In this document: positions 37,101 through 49,300 of the stretch, in pieces
Layout: the number at the start of each line of letters is the position of its first letter
How positions within the stretch are numbered: position 1 is the first letter of the stretch
DNA from: Macrostomum hystrix
Taxonomy: Eukaryota; Animalia; Platyhelminthes
DNA length: 64,000 bases
Assembly (NCBI GenBank): GCA_950097015.1
Contig: CATNEN010000003.1
Span: 8,370,001-8,434,000 of the forward strand
Direction of reading: 5' to 3'
Translations under genes and position numbers: made by a program
Notes under the pieces: generated by a model
What the model was told of the DNA's origin: nothing
Seen by the model: only the letters and a program-made list of their open reading frames with translations
The model's database searches: none

Positions 37101-40100
37101 CAGGAGTCAGCGAAATGGGCAGAATTGCCTCCTCGCTGGCTGCGTGGTCTAGTGTCACCAAATGATGTGCCACTGCCCGCAGCCCTCCGGCAATTATTGG
37201 ATTATTTTCAGTAGAATTCTCAATTTACTTTTATGTCCTGCTTTTAGTATGGAGTTAGCAACGTTTAAATTTTTGGGTAGACCTGGTCTAGTGGTAACAT
37301 GCATTTCATTCTTACCTGAGAGATCCCGGGTTCGAATCTTATTGAATCTCACTATAATGATTATAATAGGTGTCTTCTCCAGCCGATATGAAGAGCACAA
37401 TTATTCCCAGCCTGTTGAAACTCTACAGCGATCAGAATTGGCGGGTTCGTCTCGGCGTGGTCAAGAATCTCCCTGAATTGTTGGGCGCCATGGTGAGTTG
37501 CAGTTGAAGTGTTACAGTTTAACTCATGCGATTCACATCTATATGCGCTTATGAAAACCAAAAAATATTCAGTTTTTCCTCCTATGGGAAAATGCTTTTG
37601 CAAGAGCTCTAGGATTCGCTTAGAAACTCCTGTCGAATGACAGCCTTTTGGTCAAGTAATATAAAAGCTCTTGCACTGAGAGAAAGTGTTCCCCTCCCTT
37701 CTCCGACCTCCTTTTGCGCGAGCCAGCCGCAGTTGACCTAATCCGCTCACTCTCTTTTGCTAGCCATTGTTATCCCTGGCCGGCTCTAGACCTCAGACTA
37801 TACCTTAGTCAAAGAGTAAGAATCACTTCATTGAGATTAGAATTCCTGGAACTCCTATCCGATCTCTAATTTGAAACCATTTTCCACCAGTTGTGAGCTA
37901 ACAAAAGGATCCGTGAGTAACCATTAAACACTCGTGTTTGTGAAACACCTCCCGGTAATTTTATAGTGAATCTTTGTGATTGTTTGCTTTGACACCATCT
38001 AAATATAATGCGATTCAGAGCATAACATCTAAAGTGAGTGCAACATCAGGAAAAGATTTCCCACGCCTCCTCATTTCTTAGAAATAGCCGTTTGTAATTG
38101 GCCTTTCTGCTAGAAATAATAATTGAAGATAATAAGAATATTCATTAAGCTAGACATAGATAGTACAGAGGCGAATCGAAAATATTTCACAGTGCAGTCT
38201 AACGCGTTTGCCTCTCGCACCAGTGGCCTGTCTTACAATTTACGCCTAACCGTCAAGGACACTGTCTGACATTGAGAGAAAGTCAGGGCAGATGTACACA
38301 CCTGTGTGCGTGTGTGCTCAGGAGTCAACGAAATGTCTGCGAGTATTCTGTCACTAAATGATGTGCCAGTGCGCGCAGCCCTCCTACAATTATTATTACC
38401 TTAATAATTAAGAACAAACAGGCAAGCATAGTCGCATCCTCTCTTCCCCAGGACGACAGTCAAGTGTCCGGCACCATTGTACCCGCATTCGTATCCTGGC
38501 TGCGCGATCCGGCTCACGACATTCGCCAATCGGCCGCCATCGGTCTTGGCCGAATTGTTCACGATCGAAAGACTTTAGGTGAGGCCGTGGCCAAAAATAC
38601 AGCCCTGGCCTCACTGGCCTCGGATGGAAACTATCAGTTGAGAAAAGTTTGGGCCTTGTGCGCTCAGGTGAGCAGTTGTTGCTACCGTACCTATTTGCTA
38701 AATCGATTTTATTAAGTGTCTATTGCTAACTTGCTAAATGACACAAATTGTTCAGATTAGGCTACAGAGGTTGTAGCCTAGTGGTTAGGGCGTCGGACTC
38801 ACGACTTGAAGGTCGATTCTCGATTCCACTGAAACAATTTGTGTCCTTAAGCAAGACACTTAACTCTGCATTGCTTCAGTTCACCCAGATGTTAAATAGG
38901 TACCAGCATCAGCTGGGATAATTGAAGGTGGGTGTGGCGTCCCCCCAGTCCATGGACTGAGCAGCTGTACGCAGTCTTCAGATGCGCCTCGCAATAGCCG
39001 CTACTGTGCTGTCGGCTGCACATCTGGCCCGATTGGGACAGGTGTAATCAATTATTGTTATTAATTATTATTTATCCATATGGTTGAATTTTACGAAAAT
39101 CGGTCATTCGGTTTGGGAGCTATCGGGAAATTGGCAGCGGGTATTTGAAATATCCCGTAGTCTTTCCCAGGGGGTTGTGGTTAGAGCTCAGGGCTTGTAA
39201 CCGAGAGGTCGTGAGTTCAAATCTCAGCCCAATGGACAAAATCTGTGTACTTGAAAGCAAAACACTAGCACGAGCTTGATTAGAAATTCAGTTGTGTGTG
39301 CCGTCCTCTATTGTCCGCGGACACAACCGCTGTACACCGCCTTTGGAGGCGCGGTGCAATAGCCTAGAAGCTCAGGCACTTGTTGGCGCCAATGAGGATG
39401 GATGTCATAAAATTGTTTTGGATCTTAAGTACTGATTTTTACTCCAGTAAATTCATGTCTGCACATTTTAAATCGTCGCTATTAATTCTAGGAGCTGATG
39501 GACAATGGTCCGGCGTCTTGCATACCACTGCTGCTGCCCCAGCTAATGAAATTAGCCAATGACAAGGTGCCAAATGTGCGAATGGCTCTTGTGAAAGCTT
39601 TGATCCGATTGGCTAAACATCTGGATGCTGGGTTTGTGTTGATTTTTTCTGTCTACTTTTCTATCGTTTATGTGGAAACATGTGTCTTGTGCAAGCATTC
39701 TTATTTCATATTTTCAGCACTGTAAAGAAGGAAGTGTCTGTCCCGCTAAACGAGCTAATCAAGGACACCGATTTGGATGTAAAGTTCTATGCCGAAGAAG
39801 CCCTTTCTTGTAAGCACAATTCTGAGTCTTTTGTTCTGAAAGATCTGAAAGATACTCTTTTGTTTTTCAATGCTCAGCAAAGTCTATCAAAAAGTTTATT
39901 GACGATATGTATAGAAAAGTTTGCTTAGCCGATATGTACCAAAATTTTTAACTTTTGGTATTGGACAATAATATTATCTGATACCGAAGTTGCTATTCTG
40001 TATGAAAATTGTTCTCTAGTTTCGAGTTTCGCACAAAGTTCTTTTTGCTGAACTTACAGAATATTCTTCTTGCCTATATGTTTTTTAAAGTGTTATCAGA

Positions 40101-40288
40101 TAATACGGTACGCGATATGTATCGAAAACTTTAATTTTAAAAGTTTAATGTAAAAGCGTAGCCAATATAAGTAAACATGCAATTTAGATTATTAGTATGA
40201 ATCTGTGGCCCATATGTATTAAACAGTATTATTTCAAATTAACAAAAGTTACTTCTGCGTTTTCCTGTTTTCAGGCCTGAAGAAATGA
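31105..40288 (+). CDS. PPP2R1A: divergent PP2A 65-kDa scaffold (A/PR65) subunit-like HEAT-repeat protein, ~610 aa; exons 31105-31236, 33668-33758, 34392-34655, 34924-35361, 36531-36847, 37370-37492, 38452-38667, 39492-39631, 39718-39809, 40275-40288
   Basis: Motifs EDELLLEICCQLG, CLVPPL..VEEVVV, DQNWRVRL, SWLRDPAHDIRQSA, DKVPNVR, DLDVKFYAEEAL in the canonical order; all junctions GT-AG and in phase; AATAAA at 40364. Confidence 0.88.
31365..33576. repeat. 33-bp intronic minisatellite (CTCCCAGATCCTCAAATTCAGCTCTGATCAATT), 2.2 kb
   Basis: About 65 units with a block-duplicated pattern of variants. Confidence 0.97.
33781..34303. mobile_element. hAT-type MITE with internal 16-bp minisatellite (GGGAGAGATGACACAC)
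   Basis: 16-bp perfect TIR CAGGGGTCGGCAAACT / AGTTTGCCGACCCCTG; perfect 8-bp TSD ATCTATCA (33773-33780, 34304-34311). Confidence 0.95.
34690..34886. repeat. ~19-bp degenerate minisatellite (AAAATCCCATTTTGAGTTC)
   Basis: About 9 units in an intron. Confidence 0.8.
35430..36462. repeat. 35-bp minisatellite (GGATTATGTCACTAGGATGGGATTATCTAGTTCAA)
   Basis: About 29 units, each made of two GGATTAT half-units. Confidence 0.95.
36860..37198 (+). mobile_element. SINE family B
   Basis: tRNA-like head AGTGGCAGAGTGGTTAACGCG; body matches 15405-15745 and 48920-49120. Confidence 0.85.
38195..38400 (+). mobile_element. SINE family B, internally deleted
   Basis: Shares AACGCGTTTGCCTC, AAAGTCAGGGCAGATGTACACACCTG and the 3' tail. 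Confidence 0.75.
38767..39070 (+). mobile_element. SINE family A (tRNA head, CORE-like middle, ATT tail)
   Basis: Near-identical to 57954-58274. Confidence 0.9.
39170..39290 (+). mobile_element. tRNA-derived SINE head (third family)
   Basis: GTGGTTAGAGC..GAGAGGTCGTGAGTTCAAATCTC; similar to 420-520 and to the minus strand at 17275-17325. Confidence 0.5.
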
Positions 40289-41929
40289 ACGCAGCATTGA
40301 TGAACCGTGGAACCTGACTTCTAGAAGAGCCCGCCCCCCCCCAAGTAGAGGACAGCAAGTACTAATAAATATAAATATTTTTTAACATTTTTGATACAGT
40401 AAGCAGCAACTTTTTCGATGTCGTTGAATATTTAGTAATATGCTTGCTAATTTAGTTATGTTTCTAATATAAAAATCTGTTGATAGATCAAACGGGTTTT
40501 ATTAAAGTTTCTCCGATGACAGTCAGTGGAAATAATAGTTAACAAAACGTTTATTAACCAGATTCTACTCTTCCTAGCTCACCGTAAATTTATAGAATTC
40601 TACTAATTATCTTTTGTGTTACTTACATAAGTAGCTTATTTCAACTTTTATCACCCGTTTTTCTTTATTCCCGGCTACTTGATGTAGTTTATTCTGAACT
40701 TATTTCTTGCAATAATGACGGTAAGCCAGTCCTTAGATTGAGAAATCTATTTTGTGCACCTATGAAATTATATATTGAAAGCATTGATTTTTTTAGTTCA
40801 TATAGCAATAACTAACACGACGCATTGCTCTGTGTTATATTTTTTCGACTATATTCGGGATATTTTTAATAAATGATTATAAATTATAGCTAGTCAGCTT
40901 AATAGTTTTAGTTTAGCTTGAAGTTAGTTAGTTGTTTGTGTAAACAATCTCTTTGTTAATGCTCTAGACTAGTTTTTTTTGCTACATATCCTACTTAGCT
41001 TAGTAGCTGCGAAGAGCACGTTTTTAGTGGCATAAAGCAATGCAACAAGTGATTTAGAGCAGATGAGTGCAGAAAATGCAATGACTTTCTAAAGTTATTA
41101 TCCCTCATTTTGCTAATAAATTCACATAAATGCTGACTTTATTAAAAAGTGCGATTCAACTTTTTTCTAGTTTTTTGTTCGATTTTATTAATTTGTTATC
41201 ACAGTTAGAAATTGATTGTTTTAAGCTCAACTGGTTTATGGAAATGTGTGCGAATTTCCTTACTGTTCATTTGTTCCTATGACTTTTTTCTCGATTTGCA
41301 ACCAGAAAACTACACTAATAAAAGTTGTCTATTGTTCTTATTGATTGATTAAAACTATCGTTGTTTTATTGTTTGACTTTGTGAATGCGGTTTTAGCAAT
41401 GTCTCGGCGTATTTTAAAAACATAAAGCTTAAAAAAACAAAATAAGTGTTAAACAAGCTATAAAAAAGCCGCTGCTACTGATAGTAGAGAGTCATGTAAA
41501 TATCGACTTCCAAGTTTTTTAAATATGATGCTTATTTTATTGCAATTCAACCCCATGGTAGTTGTCTAGTATAGACATAAATAGTATTTGTAGTATAGCG
41601 GCTACAATTGTTTATTATTACAGAAATCGGGATTAACAGATGTCAAGAAACACGCGAAGAAAGAAAATAAGTTATTTCTATCTTAAAGGTCAGCTAAGTA
41701 TATTACAAAAAGTAATGATTTCTGAAAAATAAAATTTGCCTGGATCAGACTAAAAAAATAGCTTTTATAAATAGCAAATCTATACAATGCGATCTTTAAA
41801 CTTTGTTTTATCTGACCATGATTTAAATTTAAATTTAAATTTATCGTCCCTTAATCGTCAATAAAAAACAAATTTAACTGCGCATGTTCGCATTCCGCTA
41901 CTACAAGTAGACGCCAAGGAACGCCCAAA

Positions 41930-43330
41930 TCAGTAGCAAATAATATCCTTATCCGGCTTGGACCTGCGATTCTGCGCCTCAAATTTGGCCTGCATCTGGG
42001 CCATTTTCTGTCCGTTCTCCGTTGATAGGCGGTTGCCATAGTTACCAGCGTCAGTGTTTGGTATCTTGTCCGAGAAAACTGACGCCTGCTCCGGCAGTGC
42101 CTTCTTTGTCTTGAGGTTGCCCTGATAGTGCATCAATGGTTTAGTTTGTAGAAGATCCAACGCTCTATTTATATATTAATGCCGAACCCGCGGTGAGTGC
42201 AGTTTCGAGTGGAGTGGATACGGACTTTGTCCCTTAAATGGGATATAGAGATGGAAATCCATTGAGTGGAGGGATATCGAGATGGAAATCCCTTGAGTGG
42301 AGGGATATCGAGATGGAAATCCCTTGAGTGGGATTTCGAGATGAAAATCCCTTGAGTGGGATTTCGAGATGAAAATCTCTTGAGTGGGATATCGAGATGG
42401 AAATCCCTTGAGTGGGATGTCGAGATGGAAATCCCTTGAGTGGGATATCGAGATGGAAATCCCTTGAGTGGGATATAGAGATGGAAATCCATTGAGTGGA
42501 GGGATATCGAGATGGAAATCCCTTGAGTGGGATTTCGAGATGAAAATCCCTTGAGTGGGATTTCGAGATGAAAATCTCTTGAGTGGGATATCGAGATGGA
42601 AATCCCTTGAGTGGGATGTCGAGATGGAAATCCCTTGAGTGGGATATCGAGATGGAAATCCCTTGAGTGGGATATCGAGATGGAAATCCCTTGAGTGGGA
42701 TGTCGAGATGGAAATCCCTTGAGTGGGATATCGAGATGGAAATCCCTTGAGTGGGATGTCGAGATGGAAATCCCTTGAGTGGGATATCGAGATGGAAATC
42801 CCTTGAGTGGGATATCGAGATGGAAATCCCTTGAGTGGGATATCGAGATGGAAATCCCTTGAGTGGGATATCGAGATGGAAATCCCTTGAGTGGGATATC
42901 GAGATGGAAATCCCTTGAGTGGGATATCGAGATGAGAATCCCTTGAGTGGGATTTCGAGATGAAAATCTCTTGAGTGGGATATCGAGATGAAAATCCCTT
43001 GATTGGGATTGTGGGATCTATTTTACCTATTTAAAATGGATAATCAACAATGTCACAATCCTGTTCGCCTCACCTTAGGATCGAAATCAGTCAGAAATCC
43101 CCAGTTCTGTTCCCTGTAAAATTTGTGTATTTAAATGATTCAGCGCATGCCATATATAGTTAACAATCGCACACAATGGCTCGTGGGCCTACTACTAAAA
43201 TTGCATTCTGAGGATCTCACCATTGCTTGTCCAGGCGTTGTTCGTTTTCTAGAAACTGTCTCCAAATCTTGTCCTTCGTGACAGCGTCTTGGCCTTCGGC
43301 AGCAGCGCCATTCACTCCGGTGGAGGTCAT
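41930..43330 (-). CDS. C2orf50: C2orf50/CIMIP5-like ciliary protein; exons 43330(or further 5')-43221, 43113-43074, 42121-41930
   Basis: Spliced peptide DAVTKDKIWRQFLENEQRLDKQWEQNWGFLTDFDPKGNLK..LPEQASVFSDKIPNTDAGNYGNRLST matches the recalled family motif; frame stays open upstream to ~43580, so the start is uncertain. Confidence 0.8.
42240..43010. repeat. 28-bp intronic minisatellite (CCTTGAGTGGGATATCGAGATGGAAATC)
   Basis: About 27 units. Confidence 0.95.
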
Positions 43331-45016
43331 CGCTGCGGTTCTGGCTGGCGCTGCTGGTCTGCTAGGAGCTCTGGCTCTGGGCCCGGACTCGCTGCTGCTT
43401 TTTGTTTGAACGAGAGGGCCGGGAAGAATGTTGGAAAATAATGGGAAGAGTATTGGGATCGAACATTCAGGCGGGCTGCTTGCTGTAGGATCCAGTCTGC
43501 ATTGGCTGAGCAGCCTGAATTGCGCAGATGATGTACGGAGGGACGAATGGAAAACCCAAAGAATGGCGGGGACAAGCGGCGCTTAGACTCTGGGGAAACT
43601 TTTCCTCCCACCTTGTAGCAAAAACGGAAGCACTCTCAATTTGTTCCCTGCTGCTGCTGCTGCTTCTGGAAGACTGGGACAGAATTTTCTCTCAGCAGGT
43701 CTCAGCCCAGCCGTCTTTCATTCCGTCCGATTCCTGAAGTCCAAAAAATTCTCTTGTCCCTAAAGCTCTAACTCTCTTCCCACAATTGTCGATCGGCTTG
43801 ACACGTGCGCTGTCGTCTTGTTTCACCTCTGTAATTAGAAAACTCTTACTGGTTAGTTCCTACAGAGATTCAGGGAACGATTAGAGAAGGTTGGACTTTT
43901 CTAATGAGTTTTGGTGTAGTTTCTACTTTTAGCTTAGCTCACCTACAGATAGCCTTACACTATCTTACACAGAACACTTACAGAAACCTGTAGTTGGGAA
44001 CTTCGGCTAATATCACATGTTCAGAGAGTGTAGCAAGTTTAGGGAATGATGAAAGTTCGTAGTGTATAGGAAATTGGCAAGTTCTGGGAAACTTTGAGTT
44101 TAAGGGACCGCGTAGGTTTAGAGAACGAATGATATCAAAAGCAAATCCAGAGAAGCTTTACCCCGTCGCATTGTTGTTAAAGTAGCTGAATAGTGCTCCG
44201 CTCGATTCTCGCTGCATTTGACTCTTATTTCAGCAGATTGATAATGAGCACAGTAAAAACTTAGAAAAATGTTATATCAGAGTTGAAATGGTGCCAGTTC
44301 TGTCTGTTATATCACTTTTTCTTTTCAGTGGTCCGTGTGTTCCACTAATTAAATTTGTCACTTTTTACTGCCAGGAAAATTATATAAATTTGTAAAAGCT
44401 GCTTAGCATGCTAATTAGCATGCTCCAGAGAATTGTGCTGGCAGTTTTTTGAGAAGCGTTAATAGAACAATCACGCTATAGCTAGCTGCTTCAAACAAAC
44501 GCAACTGTAAAATGCGCGACACTATTGTTTGGCATCTGTGGTTGGCATTTCTGTTCTAGTAGTTGTGAAGAATAGAAAACTAATTAGAGAAGGAAGATTT
44601 TTACTGTGTTAAACGCCATCTTTTTTAGCCATTCTTGTGTTTATATAGCGAACGTATATGCTAACGTTTTTGCTGTGAGGTATCATATTGGGTCAGCATT
44701 ATTCGTAGCGGTAGAAACCGCGAAGCTATTTTTCTGTATCTCTAATTAAGAAACTTTTCTATTGAGACAGACAGGAGCGAAGTGGTCATCGATGTGATTA
44801 GAATTTACTTTTAATAGATTATCAATTTTCTCCAGATAGGACGTACAATTTTATATTTAGCATAACGGCACTAATTATGAGTACAATCCAATAGACTGCA
44901 GAATAGCTCATCAGTTTCGTACAGCCACAAGATCTTCACGCAGCTGCCGAAATCGAAGGTCACCGTCGATCCGGGAATCGTTTTTGCAGACTTACGCTGT
45001 GGTAAAATTATGCCAA

Positions 45017-45603
45017 AGGCGACCCAGTGCCAACCGCCAGTCGGGTTGCCATCAGGACGGAAGCCTCCCAGCCAGAAATTCAGCCCAGCACTGTAGCTTG
45101 AGTAGATCTGGTCCACACGGCTCATCTCGGAAGCGTCGGTCACATCGGCCATGATCACCAGACCGCTCTCGGACTCGCACTTCTGCCTGCTCATCGACCA
45201 GTTCCCAGTGCCAGAGTACAGCTTGTACTTCACTCCGCACAGGTCGTCTCCGTAGCCAGTCGGACACAGCTGGCCAGCCTCGAGTCCCGGCTGCTGCTTC
45301 ACAAACACCTGGCCTCTCCTGGAGCAGCTGCAGTCCCTCACCGACTTGCTGCACTTGTCGAACACGAACTGCTGACACGGACCGTCAGCCATGGTGAAGG
45401 CCTGGCAGCGCTGATTCAGGAAGCACAGACCAGCGCAAGAAAATGTAATAATTTCCAAGTGGGTCTCAACAAACTCCGGGTTGATGCAGAGAAAGCCCTC
45501 AGTGATGGCGAAAAAATTCTGCGAAATCCCTCTGCGCCATTGAGCAGCTGAGCACGGAGCAGGTGAACAGCAGGACAGTCAAGCGACTGGCACCGAACTT
45601 CAT
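45017..45603 (-). pseudogene. PAN + C-type lectin copy D (frameshift near 45515, 3'-truncated after WHWVA)
   Basis: N-terminus nearly identical to copy A; 1-nt insertion in an A-run; lacks the EPN/WND segment. Confidence 0.88.
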
Positions 45604-45605
45604 TC

Positions 45606-45785
45606 TGTCATTTTTCTCACTTTTTATGTCATTTTTCTCACTTTTTGTGTCATTTTTTCTCACTTTTTATGTCATTTTTCTCACTTTTTGTGTCATTTTT
45701 TCTCACTTTTTGTGTCATTTTTTCTCACTTTTTGTGTCATTTTTCTCACTTTTTGTGGCATTTTTTCTCACTTTTTATGTCATTA
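45606..45785. repeat. ~22-bp T-rich minisatellite (TCATTTTTTCTCACTTTTTGTG)
   Basis: About 8 units starting where homology to copy A ends. Confidence 0.9.
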
Positions 45786-46315
45786 TTTGCTACTTTCTAC
45801 CTCATCTTTCGCCTCATTGTCTCTCATGTGTTATCTCCCTGTCAAAATAATCCAGCTACTTTCTATCTCATTGTCTATCCACCTGTACTGAATCTCATTG
45901 TCTCAATCTGCCCATCTCATTCTTCATATTTCTGGCTGACTAACTGACCCCAAACTTAACTATTGATGTCATCATTTATCTTTGAAATCTTCTTAATTTT
46001 TTTTCAGGAATGTACAGCATAATCTACTCAAAAGTAAGATGCATGGAACAAGTTTGCTAAATAGAGGTTCAATTAAAAGTATATACCAGCTCATTAATAC
46101 CAGTTGAAATCGTAGCTCAGGGTACATCAGAAATTCTTGGTACCAACTTTTTTCAAACATACCTATAGACGTGGTACGTCTGACTAATTTCTGAGTCGGC
46201 GCAAATTGGAACCAGCTGAATTCCCAAGTCAACCGTGTTAGTTAGCAACCAATAGCTGTGCATCATTTCAGCCAATCAGATCGCTCCTAAGTTTTAGCTC
46301 GAATAAAATACCCCA

Positions 46316-49300
46316 ATGGGTAAAGCATATTTTTCCAAGAATAATCTGACGAACCGAAGCTTGCTAAAAAATCTGGGTCGAATTTGTGGCCCTTACAAAA
46401 TGAATCCATTGACAAATTCCTTGGGATTTCGCTGCAACAGTGACTCGGAGCTGCAACAGGATCTTAGCATCGGTGACAGTGCCGTGATCGATTTCAACTC
46501 GGATAGAAAGTTCCAGCATCACCATCGGAGACGGATGCTCTACGCCAGTTTGCAGGGCTTCGCTGGCAGGACCTCTGCTCACGGACTGGGCAGGTTCTTT
46601 GCTCAGCAGGTGCCCTGGCTCAGGCTGCTGTGGGGCTGCGTTGTCCTCGGAGCATTCACCGGACTAACTCTGCACACCTACAAACAGATCAGCCTGTTCA
46701 AAGCCTACCCGGTGTCTAGCACCACTCGCCTATTAACTAATCAGTTCACCTTTCCCGATGTGACCTTCTGCGATCCGTTGATGAAGAAATTTTTGACGCT
46801 CAAATCGGACTCGTTGAGACGGGATTCGGGCGACATCAACGACTACTTCACCGCCAGCTACATGCTGGGCTACCGGTTCGCTCCAAGCGCGTCATCCAAA
46901 GATCAGCTGCATCAGCCGCCAGAGGACGAAGAGACTACCGGAAGGGTGAAGGCCATCAAGATTGCCTACGCGAGTTTTGAGCACGCTGTGCATTCCTGGA
47001 AGCAGTTCAACATGAGCGCAGCCAGTGCAAGGATCTACGACATGCTGATCTACTGCCAGTACAATCAGGAGCGCTGCAGCGAGAAGAACTTCACCGTGTT
47101 CTATCACCGCGGCTACGGCAATTGTTTCTCTTTCAAAGCCGACAGTCGGTCAATAAAATCTAGCGGAGTTGAGAAAGGCCTCATTCTTATTCTCTACAGT
47201 CCGAGCGTTGATGTCAAACAGAGTATCGACTACTATAGCGAGATTGTCACCACGGGCCTGGAGACTGGCGGCTTGAGAATTGCCGTGCATCAGAAGGTGG
47301 GTCCTCCAGCTAATAAATCTCGATTGCAATCTTTATTCCATTTAGAACTACCAAGGGGGGAATTACACCCTCGACAATTTTTTGTCACGAACGGAGCAAT
47401 GCGAGCACACGAAACACATGAACACGGGCCAACTATTTGTTGCACATCTTCTGAAACAAGAATCATGTCACCAGCTGTTCAGACCGCCAAAATATTCAAG
47501 GGTTCTGAAGGTCAGATTTTTACAATATGTTCTAGTTTATGTTCTATGTTCTATTTCATACCCCAATACACAAATTTTCACTGCGCCTCAGTGCGGCCTT
47601 GTCAGGCATTCAATATTTAATAGCACGTCACCCGAATGTGCCCCAATCATCTCCAACTTCTGTCGTCACCGAACTTTATCTAGACGCAGCTGCTGGACCT
47701 TCAACAAATAATACTCAAGTTTAGGCCAATATAGAGGCTGCTGACGGTGCTGTCGACGTCGGGGTGGTGAATAATTGGTTGACAGACTAGGCGAGAGTCC
47801 TGTGGTTGAGTTTCGTCCCATATTAAGGCTTGATCAACGAAATTAGAGAAATTTGCATCAGGATGTCCATATTCGGCTGGTGCCACTTGTTGAAGGTCCA
47901 GCAGCTCCGTCTAGATAAAGGTGCGTGACCACCGAAGTCGGAGATGATGCAGACACATTCGTGTGAGGTGCTGATAAAGTTTAAAGGCCTGGCAAGGCCG
48001 CACCAAGGCGCGGTGCGAATTCGTGTATAGGGGTGTATGAGTATCTCGACGATCTGAAGGACTAGCGACTTGATTTTGGGTCCGTGCTCTTGAGTTTCGT
48101 GTGCTTGCGTTGCTCCGTTCGGGTGCAGTACGAAAAATTGTCAAGGGGGGAATTTCCAACTCCAACTTTAATCAGTTCTTTTCTGAGACCTCGAATGCTT
48201 TACAGCTTATGCAGTAATGCATCTTCCAAACTTTGAGAGTCATTTCCTGCCCACCTGCTGAACACTAAATGTCTTGATTTCATTGATCAAACAGATTTAT
48301 AAAAAATAGAGGCTTGTATAAATTATCTCTCTTCCTTCTAGCCCATTGTCTGTTGGTTCTCGAGATCTACTAAGACTCTACTGAGATACTGAGACAAGTA
48401 TAAAAGCAAGTGAGGGAGAAATCGTGACTAGAAATGCGACTTGGGCCAAGTATGCGCAATGTCCCCACCAGCGAGTGTGGTTACGGTTTCTTAGAACCAC
48501 CGCCAATAATGAGACAGGAAAGAGAAAAATCGACTAATTAGATAAATTTCGATTCTTCCCGAAAGTCCACCATCCATTCTCTCTAGGGGCAACTGTGATT
48601 TTAGCAGCAGTAGCAGCAGCAGCAGCAGTAGCAGCAGCAGCGGAAGCAGTGCCTACCGAACTGGGGCAATGGCGAACCGTTTAAATAGACCCTGTACACT
48701 TTCCCCATGACTCCCGCTCATCGATACATCCCTAGGGGAGTCCATCTGAGGCGAGGATGGCCGGATGGCTAGTTGGAAATCCTCCGCATCCTCAGATGAC
48801 TTGTGGGAGATATCTCCCGAAACGTCATGGGACCTCTGCTACTAGACACATGGACAGCCGAACGGCGGCCTGCAAGTATTTGAAATTAATAAATCAGCTA
48901 AGTGGTTCATTCTGCTCACAGGTGTGTACACCTGCCTGACGATGAGCAAGTCAGGGCAGATGTACACACCTGCGTGAATGTGTGCCTGCTTACATTATCT
49001 GTGTGCGTGTGTGCTCAGGAGTCAGCGAAATGGGCAGAATTGACTCCTCGCTGGCTGCGGGTCTAGTGTCACAGAATGATGTGCCATTGCCCGCAGCCCT
49101 CAAGCTAGTATTATTATTATTTGCCGTATCTTAATTACCTGTTTGTTATCAATAAAAAAATAAATAATTACCGTATTACCTCTCTGCCAATCCATATTCG
49201 CTCCATATTCCATCATTCCCATCTAGTACCAAATGACAGAAAATAATTTTACCCACCCGCCCTGTCGTTCGCTTCAAAAAACCGCTAAATCCTTATAATT

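Noticed and set aside
37126-37141. GCCTCCTCGCTGGC in SINE B matches the HDV ribozyme P3/L3
   Set aside because: No upstream P1 partner and no GG for P1.1; the following bases pair with a downstream strand as a simple SINE 3' hairpin
47297-47620. C-terminal part of the 434-aa ORF 46316-47620
   Set aside because: Read-through past the donor at 47297 into an intron and a foldback element
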